From positions 18,555-82,554 of the forward strand of contig JBMOMX010000032.1 of assembly GCA_049323435.1 (NCBI GenBank): 64,000 nucleotides of DNA, read 5' to 3'. The notes beneath the pieces were generated by a model. That model had not been told where the DNA came from. It saw nothing but the letters and a program-made list of their open reading frames with translations, and did no database searches. Shown in pieces: positions 38,642 to 48,843 of the stretch. Numbering within the stretch: position 1 is the stretch's first letter; each line of letters begins with the position of its first letter. This DNA comes from Pseudomonadota bacterium (GTDB lineage: Bacteria > Pseudomonadota > Alphaproteobacteria > UBA11222). Both the position numbers and the translations under genes were made by a program.

Positions 38642-39340
38642 ATGAACGGAACAGATATAAATATTCCGTGTAAAGACGGTTCCATGACCGGCTATCTTTC
38701 CATGCCGAAATCTGGCACCGGGCCGGGCGTGGTGGTGATGCAGGAAATTTTTGGCGTCAATCAGGTGATGCGTGAAATCACCGATATGTTCGCCGCCGAA
38801 GGCTTTGTGGCGCTGTGCCCGGATCTGTTCTGGCGCATCGAACCTGGCGTTAACATCACCGACAAGTCAAAGGCCGAATGGGACAAGGCCTTTTCGCTAT
38901 TTGGCAAATTCAACCGCGACACCGGCATACAGGATGTCGCTTCCACAATTGACGCCTTACGCAAGACCAAAGGCTGTACCGGCAAGGCCGGAACAGTGGG
39001 ATTTTGTCTGGGTGGTTTGCTAGCCTATCTTTCGGCTGCGCGAACCGACGCGGACGCCGCCGTTGGATTTTACGGCGTCAGCATTCCCGATTTTCTAGGC
39101 GAAGCGCCGAATATTAAAAAGCCTCTGATGCTGCACATCGCAGGAAAAGACGGCTTTGTGCCGCCCGCCGCACAGGACGCCATGCATAAGGGCCTTGATG
39201 AAAACAAATTCTGCACCCTGTATGATTATCCCGAACAGGATCATGCCTTTGCCCGCATGGGAGGCGAACATTATGATGCAGCCGCCGCAAAACTGGCAAT
39301 GTCGCGCACGATCGGCTTTTTCAAGACTCACCTGGCATGA
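38642..39340 (+). CDS. dienelactone hydrolase family protein
   Basis: 232 aa; alpha/beta-hydrolase with a Cys nucleophile in VGFCLGG, the DLH-type G-x-C-x-G motif. Confidence 0.8.
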   Translation: MNGTDINIPCKDGSMTGYLSMPKSGTGPGVVVMQEIFGVNQVMREITDMFAAEGFVALCPDLFWRIEPGVNITDKSKAEWDKAFSLFGKFNRDTGIQDVASTIDALRKTKGCTGKAGTVGFCLGGLLAYLSAARTDADAAVGFYGVSIPDFLGEAPNIKKPLMLHIAGKDGFVPPAAQDAMHKGLDENKFCTLYDYPEQDHAFARMGGEHYDAAAAKLAMSRTIGFFKTHLA

Positions 39341-39345
39341 AATCT

Positions 39346-40325
39346 TGCCGGATATTTTGAAAAAACTGATCCGCGGCCAGATCCTGGCCTGCATGCTCTG
39401 CTATGCGGGCACGGCGCTTGCGCAGAACCAGAACGATCCCTCTTTGCCTTCCGAGGATTCCGCCCGCTTCGTGATTTCCAATGTGGAATTCACGCTGCTG
39501 CATGAATTGATCCATGTGCTTATTGATGAAGCCGGCATTCCGGTTCTGGCCCGCGAGGAGGATCTGTCCGACTATCTGACGGCCATTACGCTTCTTAGTC
39601 ATAAAACCGGTTTTCCGGTTCTGCCGGCCGAAAAAAAACTGCCCTCCATCAATGAATGGCCCCCCGATACCGCCCAGCTGACCCCCGCAAGCGTCAGGCG
39701 CATGCAGGACATTATTGATGCCTGGCGGATAGAATGGACCATTTCCGAACAGGACAATATGGTGCTGCCCTGGGCCGATCCGCATGCGCTGGAAATTCAG
39801 CGGCTATATGATCTGGTCTGCCTGACCTATGGCCGCGACCCGAATCATCTGGAAGATTTCCGCATCGAAAATGAATTGCCCGCAGACAGGGCAGAATTAT
39901 GCGAAGAAGATTTCGCCAAGGCCGAAAAGGGGCTGGAATTCGTCAAGACCACACTGAAAAATATCGCCAGAACACCGCTAAGCGCGGCCGGCCATATGCC
40001 GCCCGATTTCGCCATTCAGATAAAATTCGAGGAGGCGGTCTCTCCAGCCCATAAACAATATAAATTATGGCTGCAAAATGCCTCGATCATCTATCCGCTG
40101 ATCGATGCCTTGAACCGGGATTATTATCTGCCCCGCCCGATTAAGATACGCTTTCGCATCTGCGGCCAGCCCAATGCCTATTGGGAGCCGAAGGACGCCG
40201 AGGTGAATGTCTGTTACGAACTTCTCGACCGCTTCGTGCATCTCGACCGGTTCCGCAAGGAATATGCGATTGACCGGCGCAAGAATATGCTGGGCAAGGC
40301 CAAGGCAGAGCGGGCCTTCAAATAG
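39346..40325 (+). CDS. secreted hypothetical protein with an HExxH zinc-metallopeptidase-like motif (DUF4344-like)
   Basis: Track ORF 39156..40325 overlaps the DLH gene. A TTG at about 39346 gives a plausible signal peptide (KKLIRGQILACMLCYAGTALA/Q). The motif is HELIH in FTLLHELIHVLIDE. Start and family are uncertain. Confidence 0.4.
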
Positions 40326-40365
40326 CGATATGCTATCTTCCAGATCCGTATGCATTTAGGTTAAA

Positions 40366-40528
40366 TCGCCCCCCCACACGCAGTGTCACCCCGCACTTGG
40401 TGCGGGGTCCAGGGGGCCAAACTCAGGCTCTACTTTGCAGCACCTTTGCCATGCCGTAGCCAGCCTTCTTGCGAAGGCTGGTGGACCCCGGAATAAATCC
40501 GGGGTGACAGGTTAGAGTGTGTTGCATG
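40366..40528. repeat. MITE/REP-like element, family B, inverted relative to the copy at 15951..16087
   Basis: Its reverse complement begins ccatgcaacacactctaacctgtcaccccggatttattccgggg and ends ggaccccgcaccaagtgcggggtgacactg, matching the termini of copy 1. Confidence 0.7.
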
Positions 40529-40551
40529 GTCTAACTTAAAATCAGACCAAT

Positions 40552-41829
40552 CTATGTATTCATCGAGGCGAAAAATTCGGCATTGCTTTTGGTAGCGCGC
40601 AATTTATCCAGCAGAAATTCCATTGCATCGACTGTGCCCATGGGGCTGAGTATGCGGCGCAGCACAAACATTTTCGCCAGATCGCTCTGTGAAGCCAGCA
40701 GTTCTTCTTTGCGCGTGCCCGAACGGGTGATGTCGATGGCAGGGAAAATGCGCTTGTCGGACACTTTGCGGTCCAGGATGATTTCGCTGTTGCCGGTGCC
40801 TTTGAACTCTTCGAAAATCACTTCGTCCATGCGCGATCCGGTGTCGATCAGCGCAGTAGCGATAATGGTCAGCGAACCGCCTTCCTCAATATTGCGCGCT
40901 GCGCCGAAAAACCGTTTTGGCCGTTGCAACGCATTGGCGTCCACGCCGCCTGTCAGCACCTTGCCCGATGATGGCACCACCGCATTATAGGCGCGGCCCA
41001 GACGGGTGATGCTATCCAGCAGAATAACCACATCCCGGCCATGCTCGACCAGGCGCTTGGCCTTTTCCAGCACCATTTCAGTGACCGCGACATGGCGGGT
41101 GGCCGGTTCATCAAAGGTGGAACTGACAACCTCCCCCTTGACCGAACGCTGCATATCGGTGACTTCCTCCGGCCGCTCGTCAATCAGCAGCACGATCAGA
41201 TAGCATTCAGGATGGTTGGCGGCGATGGCATGGGCGATATTTTGCAGAATCATCGTCTTGCCGGTGCGCGGCGGCGCGGTAATCAGTGCGCGCTGGCCCT
41301 TGCCCAGAGGGGCCGCCAGATCAATGACGCGCGTCGTCAAATCCTTGCTGCCCGGCCCCATTTCCATGATCAGCCGTTCATCGGGATAAAGCGGCGTCAG
41401 ATTGTCAAAATGCACCTTCTGGCGGGTACGCTCGGGATCTTCAAAATTGATGGTATTGACCTTCAGCAGGGCAAAATAGCGCTCGCCATCCTTGGGGCTG
41501 CGAATACGGCCCTCCACCGTGTCGCCGGTGCGCAGTGAAAAACGCCGCAGCTGATTCGGGCTGACATAAATATCATCCGGCCCCGGCAGATAATTGGCCT
41601 CAGGCGAACGCAGAAAGCCAAACCCATCCTGCAATACTTCCAGCACGCCGACGCCGGTAATTTCTATTTCCCGGTCCGCCAATTGCTTGAGAATGGCAAA
41701 CAGCATGTCCTGCTTGCGCAGGGTGCTGGCATTTTCAACTTCCAGCTCCTCGGCATAGGCCAGCAATTCGGTGGGTGATTTAGCTTTTAAGTCAGCTAGT
41801 TTGACTTCTTCGACTTCCGTCAGGTCCAT
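40552..41829 (-). CDS. rho: transcription termination factor Rho
   Basis: 425 aa; N-terminal RNA-binding region, Walker A (APPRTGKT), and Q-/R-loop regions. Confidence 0.95.
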   Translation of the reverse strand: MDLTEVEEVKLADLKAKSPTELLAYAEELEVENASTLRKQDMLFAILKQLADREIEITGVGVLEVLQDGFGFLRSPEANYLPGPDDIYVSPNQLRRFSLRTGDTVEGRIRSPKDGERYFALLKVNTINFEDPERTRQKVHFDNLTPLYPDERLIMEMGPGSKDLTTRVIDLAAPLGKGQRALITAPPRTGKTMILQNIAHAIAANHPECYLIVLLIDERPEEVTDMQRSVKGEVVSSTFDEPATRHVAVTEMVLEKAKRLVEHGRDVVILLDSITRLGRAYNAVVPSSGKVLTGGVDANALQRPKRFFGAARNIEEGGSLTIIATALIDTGSRMDEVIFEEFKGTGNSEIILDRKVSDKRIFPAIDITRSGTRKEELLASQSDLAKMFVLRRILSPMGTVDAMEFLLDKLRATKSNAEFFASMNT

Positions 41830-42021
41830 GGAAAATGGTTCCGGTTATAAGAATATTGGGGCTGGCGGCACCGGCCAGAAGGATGGGAATCGCAAAAACG
41901 GAGCGGGGGGGCATGCATGATGCAGGGTGCATTTGCACGAATCCTGGCGCAGCGCGCTGCACTGCTGTGCAGGCTGTGTAACCCGATTTGCGCCACTTTG
42001 CAAGATCTGATCGAAACGCGC

Positions 42022-42480
42022 CTATATTTTCCCGAAGGGGCGGACAATTACCAGAATTACGATCCCGATCAGCAGCAGGAAAGGAATTTCATTGGCGATA
42101 CGGTAGTACAGGCCAGGCCGTTTACGGATATCCGCCGCAAACTCCCGGCGCCAGCGGCTGTAAAGCCCATGAATTGCTGAGAGCAGCAGCACCAGCAGCA
42201 GTTTCAGCCAAATCCACCAGTCATTCCAGTCAATCAGCCCCGGGGTTAGCAATAACAGCCCCCCCAGCAGGAATGTAACGATCATCGCCGGATTTATTAT
42301 CCCGCGCAGCAGCCGCCCTTCCATCAATTTGAATTTTTCCGACTGCACCGAACCCACCGGCGCATCCGTATGATAGACATAGAGCCGGGGCAGATACATC
42401 ATCCCCGCCATCCAGGCGATAACCGCAATCAGATGAAAACTTTTGATCCAGAGATAATATGCGCTCAAAAATTCGTACAT
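42022..42480 (-). CDS. hemJ: protoporphyrinogen IX oxidase HemJ (CopD-like small membrane protein)
   Basis: 152 aa with four TM segments (WIKSFHLIAVIAWMAGMMYLPRLYVYH). It is adjacent to hemH and hemE, as is typical for hemJ. Confidence 0.65.
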   Translation of the reverse strand: MYEFLSAYYLWIKSFHLIAVIAWMAGMMYLPRLYVYHTDAPVGSVQSEKFKLMEGRLLRGIINPAMIVTFLLGGLLLLTPGLIDWNDWWIWLKLLLVLLLSAIHGLYSRWRREFAADIRKRPGLYYRIANEIPFLLLIGIVILVIVRPFGKI

Positions 42481-42481
42481 T

Positions 42482-43516
42482 CTATTTATCTACCGGGCAG
42501 CTGGAAGCTGTGCTGGAACAGTATGAGGATACTGCCAGCGCATCCTCAACAAGCTGTGACAAACCCTGGATAAACTGTTTTTCTACCCCCAGGGCGGCAA
42601 TACGCAGATAATAAGGCACACCCGCTGCTTCCGCCAGATGTCTGTATTCCATATCCAGCTCCACCAGAGTTTCGGAATGTTCCGAGACAAAGGCAATTGG
42701 GACTAGAATAACCCCCTGTTTTGCCGCCCCTGCCGCCCGCAGCCTGTCCTCGGTCGATGGCCCCAGCCATTTCAGCGGGCCTACCCGGCTTTGATAACAA
42801 ATCTCCCAGTCCTGTGCTGACAGCCCAAGCCTGGCAGCAATCGCCCCGGCGGTACGCGCAACCTGTTCCGGATAGGGATCACCGGCATTGACAATTTGCT
42901 GCGGCAATCCATGGGCTGAAAACAGAAGCCTGGCTTTACCGATGCTGCCGGGCCCGATGAAGCTGGCGGCCTGAGCCTGGATCAGCGCTGCATGTGCGGC
43001 AATGAAATCCGGCTGTTCCGGATAACAGCAAATTGTATGCACCTCGGCCGTTAAACCGGCCTGCTTGGCTGTGGCGCGCCATTCCTGCAATGAAGAGCGG
43101 GTCGTGGTTGTCGAGAATTGCGGATAGAGCGGCAACAGTACCACATGATCGGGTGCAAAATCTGTTACCTGCTGCACAATTTCCGCCGCCCTGGGTGTCC
43201 AGTAACGCATCACCGTGAAACAGCGTATAGCGCTGAAACCGGTGTTTTTGAGAACATTCTCCAGCGCCTCAGCCTGTTGCAGCGTCTCGGGCAATATTGG
43301 TGAACCACCACCGATTTTTGCATAGATTTCCTGCGCCGTGCCTGTACGGCGCCAGGCAATAAACCGCGCCAGCAACCAGCGGATTATCCCCGGAGCACGG
43401 ATAATGTTAGGATCAGAAAACAGATTGATCAGAAATGGCCGTACCGCCGACAGCTGATCAGGGCCGCCCAGATTGAACAGTATGACGGCAATCCGGCTGG
43501 ATTTCATGCCTGCCAT
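42482..43516 (-). CDS. hemH: ferrochelatase
   Basis: 344 aa; N-terminal IAVILFNLGGPD motif and ferrochelatase architecture. Confidence 0.9.
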   Translation of the reverse strand: MAGMKSSRIAVILFNLGGPDQLSAVRPFLINLFSDPNIIRAPGIIRWLLARFIAWRRTGTAQEIYAKIGGGSPILPETLQQAEALENVLKNTGFSAIRCFTVMRYWTPRAAEIVQQVTDFAPDHVVLLPLYPQFSTTTTRSSLQEWRATAKQAGLTAEVHTICCYPEQPDFIAAHAALIQAQAASFIGPGSIGKARLLFSAHGLPQQIVNAGDPYPEQVARTAGAIAARLGLSAQDWEICYQSRVGPLKWLGPSTEDRLRAAGAAKQGVILVPIAFVSEHSETLVELDMEYRHLAEAAGVPYYLRIAALGVEKQFIQGLSQLVEDALAVSSYCSSTASSCPVDK

Positions 43517-44541
43517 TGTTTCACAAACTGTACCAGTTGCGCTACATTTTCAGGCGGCGTCTGCGGGACAATGCCATGTCCCAGATTAAAGATAAACCGT
43601 TGCGGTCCCATCATTGTCAAAATCCGTTCCGCTTCCTGCAACATAGTTTTACCGCCGCACACCACTAACAATGGATCAAGATTACCCTGTACCGTCAGTT
43701 TCGGTTGCAGCCTTTCCCTCGCAAATTGCAGTGGTAATGTGCTATCCATACTGATCGCATCTATGCCTGTATGCAGGGCATAATCCTCATATAATAAACC
43801 CGCGCCTTTTGGAAAACCGATAATCGGAATTTCCGGAAAGACAGCACGTATCCGCGTAATAATTTTCTTTGCCGGTTCGATACACCAGCGCTGAAATTCT
43901 CCCTCCCGCAGCGCGCCTGCCCAGCTATCGAAAATCTGTAATATCTCAGCCCCGGCTTTAACCTGCCCGATAAGATATTCTGCCGTCACGTCTATCAGAA
44001 TATCCATCAACATCGCAAAAGCTTGGCGGTCCTGATAAGCCCAAAGCCTTGCTGCTGCCTGATCCCGGCTGCCTTCACCTGCAACCATATAGCTGGCAAC
44101 AGTCCAGGGAGCACCGGCAAAACCGATCAGACACACATCCTCCGGCAGACGTTGGCGCAATAATTTCACCGTTTCATAAACCGGCATCAGATGTGCGGCT
44201 GCACCTTCCGGCTTCAGTAATGCCAGGTCCTGGCGTGACTGAATCAGAGGCGACAGAAGCGGCCCCAGCTTTTCTTCAAACCGCACCTGCTGCGACAAGG
44301 CATCGGGTATCACCAGAATATCAGAAAACAAAATTGCCGCGTCAAAACCAAACCGCCGGATCGGTTGTAAGGTCACTTCAGCCGCCAGTTCAGGCGAATA
44401 GCATAAATCCAGAAATGATCCGCCCTTCGCCCGCACCGCTCGATATTCTGGCAAATAGCGCCCGGCCTGGCGCATCAACCAGACAGGCGGACGCTGCAAT
44501 TTCTCGCCGCGCAAGGCGCGTAATAATAATTTTTGGCTCAT
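43504..44541 (-). CDS. hemE: uroporphyrinogen decarboxylase
   Basis: 345 aa; N-terminal PPVWLMRQAGRYLPEYR signature. Confidence 0.9.
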   Translation of the reverse strand: MSQKLLLRALRGEKLQRPPVWLMRQAGRYLPEYRAVRAKGGSFLDLCYSPELAAEVTLQPIRRFGFDAAILFSDILVIPDALSQQVRFEEKLGPLLSPLIQSRQDLALLKPEGAAAHLMPVYETVKLLRQRLPEDVCLIGFAGAPWTVASYMVAGEGSRDQAAARLWAYQDRQAFAMLMDILIDVTAEYLIGQVKAGAEILQIFDSWAGALREGEFQRWCIEPAKKIITRIRAVFPEIPIIGFPKGAGLLYEDYALHTGIDAISMDSTLPLQFARERLQPKLTVQGNLDPLLVVCGGKTMLQEAERILTMMGPQRFIFNLGHGIVPQTPPENVAQLVQFVKQWQA

Positions 44542-44877
44542 TTACTGGATAATTCCTGCTGATGTCAGCTCACCCCGGTTTTCCACACTCTCTTTTAATC
44601 TATTTATATTTATAAAAAAGGATGAAGTGGTAGTAGATGGCCTGAATAGAAGGGATAAAATTATATCCCGCTTTTGTTCGTTTTTCCGCTCCTGAAAGTA
44701 TCAGGCCTGCAGCCGGGATTCCGCTTATCACCCGTGATTCACAGACTGGGAATTTAGTTATTCCTGATCTATTATCCCCCATGTGAAAAGTCCGCAAAGT
44801 CAGGATGTTTTTCCGATGCGCCGCATTAGGCCTGTTTATTCACTGGATTCACCTGATTCACAGCCTATGCTGGTTCA
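44542..44877. other. putative chromosomal replication origin (oriC), hemE-type as in Caulobacter Cori
   Basis: A 336-bp divergent intergenic region between hemE (-) and the DUF299 gene (+). DnaA-box-like 9-mers: TTTTCCACA (one mismatch to TTATCCACA), TGATTCACA twice, TTATCCCCC, TTATCACCC, TTATTCACT. AT-rich tract ttttaatctatttatatttataaaaaag. Gene-strand orientation flips at this point. Confidence 0.6.
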
Positions 44878-45741
44878 ATGACTGAAATGACCGCACCTTC
44901 ATCGCCCCGGCTGGCTACCTATTTTCACCTGCATTTGGTTTCCGATGCGACCGGTGAAACCCTGAATTCCGTTACCCGGGCGGCTGTAGCGCAATTTGAC
45001 AGCGGTATTCCCATTGAACATACCTATGCGCTGGTACGCACTACCCGCCATCTTGACCGTGTTTTAAGCCAGATCGAGGATATGCCGGGAATTGTGATTT
45101 ATACGCTGGTAAATTACGATCTGCGCGACATGCTGGAACAACGCTGTGCGGAATTACAGCTACCCTGTCTTTCCGTGCTGGATCCCGTTGTGCAGATCAT
45201 CGGCACTTATCTTGGTTCGGAAATTTCGCACCGGCCTGGCGGACAGCATAGCCTGACGCCGGAATATTTTCAGCGCATTGAAGCGCTGCAATATACTATG
45301 GCGCATGATGATGGCCAATCGCTGCATGATCTGCATTCTGCGGATATCATTCTGCTCGGCGTAAGCCGCACCTCCAAAACGCCAACCTGCATCTATCTGG
45401 CCAATCGCGGATTAAAAGCTGCGAATATTCCTATAGTCCCGAATATTGCCTTGCCGGCCTCACTGCCTGATTTGAAAAAACCGCTGATCATCGGCCTGAC
45501 AACCAATCCCGACAGGTTGATTCAGGTGCGCCGCAACCGGCTTTTATCCCTGAACGAGAATGACGAGACCAGCTACACGGATCTGGATATAGTGATGGAG
45601 GAAGTGCGCTATGCAAGACGCCTTTTCGCCCAGTATGGCTGGCCGGTCATTGATGTGACCCGCCGCTCCATAGAGGAAACGGCTGCGGCCATTCTGAATC
45701 TGTTTTCCAGCCGCGCCAGCGGTAAGACCGGTGCATTATGA
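44878..45741 (+). CDS. PEP synthetase / pyruvate,phosphate dikinase regulatory protein (DUF299 kinase/pyrophosphorylase)
   Basis: 287 aa; YFHLHLVSDATGET N-terminus and a P-loop GVSRTSKT. This gene family flanks Cori in Caulobacter. Confidence 0.8.
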   Translation: MTEMTAPSSPRLATYFHLHLVSDATGETLNSVTRAAVAQFDSGIPIEHTYALVRTTRHLDRVLSQIEDMPGIVIYTLVNYDLRDMLEQRCAELQLPCLSVLDPVVQIIGTYLGSEISHRPGGQHSLTPEYFQRIEALQYTMAHDDGQSLHDLHSADIILLGVSRTSKTPTCIYLANRGLKAANIPIVPNIALPASLPDLKKPLIIGLTTNPDRLIQVRRNRLLSLNENDETSYTDLDIVMEEVRYARRLFAQYGWPVIDVTRRSIEETAAAILNLFSSRASGKTGAL

Positions 45742-46589
45742 GCATTCCTGTGCTGCGTGCCGGAATTGTCGGCTGGCCGGTCAGCCATTCACGTTCACCT
45801 CTTCTGCATGGTTATTGGCTACGCAAATATGCCATTTCCGGAACTTATGAGCGCATACCGATCGCGCCGGAGAATTTTGCCGTCAATTTCCGCGCCCTTG
45901 CCGGTCAGGGTTTTAGCGGCGTCAATGTCACCATACCGCACAAGCAAGCTGCCCTGGCATGTTGCGATGCGCTGGACGCCAATGCAAAAAGACTGGGTGC
46001 GGTGAATACAGTGCGGATCAAGGATGGGCAATTTTACGGTTCCAACACGGATGGTTTTGGATTTATGGAAAATCTGCGCCTGGGCGCGCCGGACTGGAAG
46101 CCGCAGGCCGGACCGGCAGTGATCATCGGGGCTGGCGGTGCCGCCCGTGCTGTTATTGCCGCGCTCTGCGATGCCGGGGTTCAACGCCTGTACCTGTTCA
46201 ACCGCACCCGTGCACGCGCGGACCGGCTGGCCGCTGATCTTGGCGGCCCGATCATCACAGCGGACTGGGCGGAATTACCCGGCACGCTGCCCGATTGCGC
46301 TTTGCTGGTGAATTGTTCAAGCCTCGGCATGGCGGGGCAACCGCCGCTGGAAATTTCACTGGAGAATCTCCATCCGCGCGCCACTGTCACCGATCTGGTC
46401 TATACGCCGTTGATCACAGCTTTGCTGCGCATGGCGGCGGCACGTGGAAACCCCGTCATTGACGGGCTTGGCATGCTGATACACCAGGCGCGGCCCGGTT
46501 TTGCCGCATGGTTTGGGCGCATGCCCGAGGCAGATGACACGCTGCGCAATCTGCTGCTGGCGGATATTGAAGGGGCAAAAGGACTATAG
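45738..46589 (+). CDS. aroE: shikimate dehydrogenase
   Basis: 283 aa; GWPVSHSRSPLLH...VTIPHK...NTDG motifs. The start overlaps the upstream stop (ATGA). Confidence 0.85.
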   Translation: MSIPVLRAGIVGWPVSHSRSPLLHGYWLRKYAISGTYERIPIAPENFAVNFRALAGQGFSGVNVTIPHKQAALACCDALDANAKRLGAVNTVRIKDGQFYGSNTDGFGFMENLRLGAPDWKPQAGPAVIIGAGGAARAVIAALCDAGVQRLYLFNRTRARADRLAADLGGPIITADWAELPGTLPDCALLVNCSSLGMAGQPPLEISLENLHPRATVTDLVYTPLITALLRMAAARGNPVIDGLGMLIHQARPGFAAWFGRMPEADDTLRNLLLADIEGAKGL

Positions 46590-46699
46590 TCCTAGAGCCC
46601 ATATATTAAATGCAGATAATATATGCATTAAAATCAATTGTTTATGCCCAAAAAATCAAATAGACATATTGCTGTTTATCTATTTTAGAAAGCTCCGCG

Positions 46700-48175
46700 A
46701 TGCAGCCTATTGGCACTCCAGAAATCAGGCAGCGAATTGAACGGGATAACCCGTGGTGGGCCAACGCCGATTTAGAAATTTTGGAAGCCAAATATCAGCG
46801 GCGTGTTTATTTCCCCTCATTCAAAGCATTAGCGCTGAACTTTGACGTGCGGCGCGCGGCGATTCTTCTTGGCCCCCGGCGCGTAGGCAAGACTGTAATT
46901 ATTAAGCAATTAATTCACGAAGCAATACAGGACGGTATCGATCCAAAACAAATTCTCTATGCAAGCATTGACGCTCCTATTTATTCTGGAATCTCTCTCG
47001 ACAAATTTATGGAATTCCTGCCAACCGCATCAAGAGACAAGCGCAGCGTGGTGGTTTTTGACGAAATCCAATATTTAAGGGACTGGGAAATCCACATGAA
47101 AGACCTGGTGGATAACTATCCGAGAACCAAGTTTATCGCATCTGGATCAGCCGCTGCCGCGCTTCGTTTAAAGAGTCGAGAGTCCGGAGCAGGGCGATTT
47201 TCCGAGTTCATGTTGCCGCCTCTTACATTCTATGAGTTCTTAAAATTTATTGGAGATGACGAAAAACTGATTTCAGAAAATGGTCCGGGTCAATATGAGG
47301 CAAAAGATATAGAAGCGCTTAATTCCAGATTTGTAGATTATCTGAATTTTGGGGGCTATCCAGAGGCCGTACTCAATGAAGAAGTCAGACGGAATGCAGA
47401 ACAATTTATCAGAAGCGACATCATTGACAAAGTATTGCTCAAAGATTTGCCAAGCCTTTACGGAATAAGTGATATCCAGGGCCTCAATAAATTATTTTCA
47501 TTCCTGGCGTATAACGCGGGCTCGGAAGCAAACCTCGAAAACATATCCAAAGAGTCCGGCCTGGCAAAGCCGACTATAAAAAAATATATCGAATATCTGG
47601 AAAACGCATTCCTGATCCTCAAGGTGTCGACAGTGGATGAAAACTGCCGGACTATGAAGCGAGAGCGCAATTTTAAGATTTACCTGAATAATCCATCAAT
47701 GAGAGCGGCGCTTTTTAAGCCTGTCGGAATTGAAGAGCAGGAAAAAATTGGTCACCTCGCGGAATCAGCTATTTTCTCGCAATGGCAACACGCGCCGGGA
47801 TTTCAGAGATTAAGATATGCGCGTTGGCGCAATGAGGGCGAGGTGGATATTGTATACCTTAGGCCTTCCGATGAAAAACCGTTGTGGATTGGCGAAATTC
47901 GATGGTCAGACAGAGTGAAAAATCAATTTGGCGAACAAACAAAGTCGCTATCAACATTGCTGAAAAATCATCCAACCATAAATGCGGCAATTCTTACATC
48001 GAAAACAGTCCATTCATTGAACCGCGAGCTTGAAGGCAGACACTTTGAGATTTGGCCAAGTTCACTTTATTGTTACAGCGTAGGAAGAAATATCACAGTA
48101 GCTCTTGACCAATTAGGGAGCGGGCGTTCCAGGAACCAGGCATATCAAATAAAGTATAAGGAAAATAAACCATGA
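46700..48175 (+). CDS. AAA+ ATPase of the AAA_14/DUF4143 (COG1373-like) family; likely horizontally acquired
   Basis: 491 aa; N-terminal NPWW motif, Walker A GPRRVGKT, Walker B VVFDEIQ. The gene and its upstream 110 bp are visibly AT-richer with different codon usage (AAA, ATT, TTA frequent). It sits between aroE and coaE, which are usually adjacent or separated only by maf. Confidence 0.7.
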   Translation: MQPIGTPEIRQRIERDNPWWANADLEILEAKYQRRVYFPSFKALALNFDVRRAAILLGPRRVGKTVIIKQLIHEAIQDGIDPKQILYASIDAPIYSGISLDKFMEFLPTASRDKRSVVVFDEIQYLRDWEIHMKDLVDNYPRTKFIASGSAAAALRLKSRESGAGRFSEFMLPPLTFYEFLKFIGDDEKLISENGPGQYEAKDIEALNSRFVDYLNFGGYPEAVLNEEVRRNAEQFIRSDIIDKVLLKDLPSLYGISDIQGLNKLFSFLAYNAGSEANLENISKESGLAKPTIKKYIEYLENAFLILKVSTVDENCRTMKRERNFKIYLNNPSMRAALFKPVGIEEQEKIGHLAESAIFSQWQHAPGFQRLRYARWRNEGEVDIVYLRPSDEKPLWIGEIRWSDRVKNQFGEQTKSLSTLLKNHPTINAAILTSKTVHSLNRELEGRHFEIWPSSLYCYSVGRNITVALDQLGSGRSRNQAYQIKYKENKP

Positions 48176-48840
48176 TCATCGCCGGCCTGACAGGTTCAAT
48201 TGGCATGGGGAAATCGGAAACGGCGAAAATGTTCCGCGCTCTCGGCATTCCCGTCTATGATGCCGATGCCGCCGTGCACGCGATCTATGCGCCGGGCGGT
48301 TCGGCCGTGGCGCCGGTCGAGGCGGCCTTTCCCGGCGTGACCAATGCCAATGGTGTGGACCGCGACGCGCTGGCTAAACGGGTGCTGAACGATCCCGCTG
48401 CTTTGAAAAAACTGGAAGCTATCGTGCATCCGCTTGTCGGGCTGGAACAGCAGAAATTTCTCGAACAGGCGGCGGCTGAAAATCGTGAATTGATTGTGAT
48501 TGATGTGCCATTGCTGTATGAAACCGGGGGACAGAAGCGTGTGGACTGTGTGGTGCTGGTCAGCGCACCCTATGAATTGCAGCGCGAACGGGTTTTGGCG
48601 CGCCCCGGCATGAGCGAGGAAAAATTTCAGTCCATACTCGCCAAGCAGGTGCCGGACGCGCAAAAACGTCAGCTGGCTGATTATATTATCGATTCAAGCC
48701 AGGGCCTGGAATCGGCCATGGCGCAGGTCGCGGCACTGATCCCGCTGCTGAAAAAAGTGCCGGCCAGGGCCTGGGCTTCGCGCTTGCGCGAAACCGGAGA
48801 CACAGGGGCCATGCGCAAACAACAGACGGAAAAAGGATAA
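48172..48840 (+). CDS. coaE: dephospho-CoA kinase
   Basis: 222 aa; [17 protein letters not shown]-loop. Its start overlaps the ATPase stop (ATGA). Confidence 0.85.
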   Translation: MIIAGLTGSIGMGKSETAKMFRALGIPVYDADAAVHAIYAPGGSAVAPVEAAFPGVTNANGVDRDALAKRVLNDPAALKKLEAIVHPLVGLEQQKFLEQAAAENRELIVIDVPLLYETGGQKRVDCVVLVSAPYELQRERVLARPGMSEEKFQSILAKQVPDAQKRQLADYIIDSSQGLESAMAQVAALIPLLKKVPARAWASRLRETGDTGAMRKQQTEKG

Positions 48841-48843
48841 AAT

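Noticed and set aside
44542-44877. CtrA binding sites (TTAA-N7-TTAA) and small ORF 44600..44797 in the putative origin
   Set aside because: No full CtrA motif is present and the single TTAA has no partner. The 65-aa ORF is low-complexity and sits in a region better explained as oriC.
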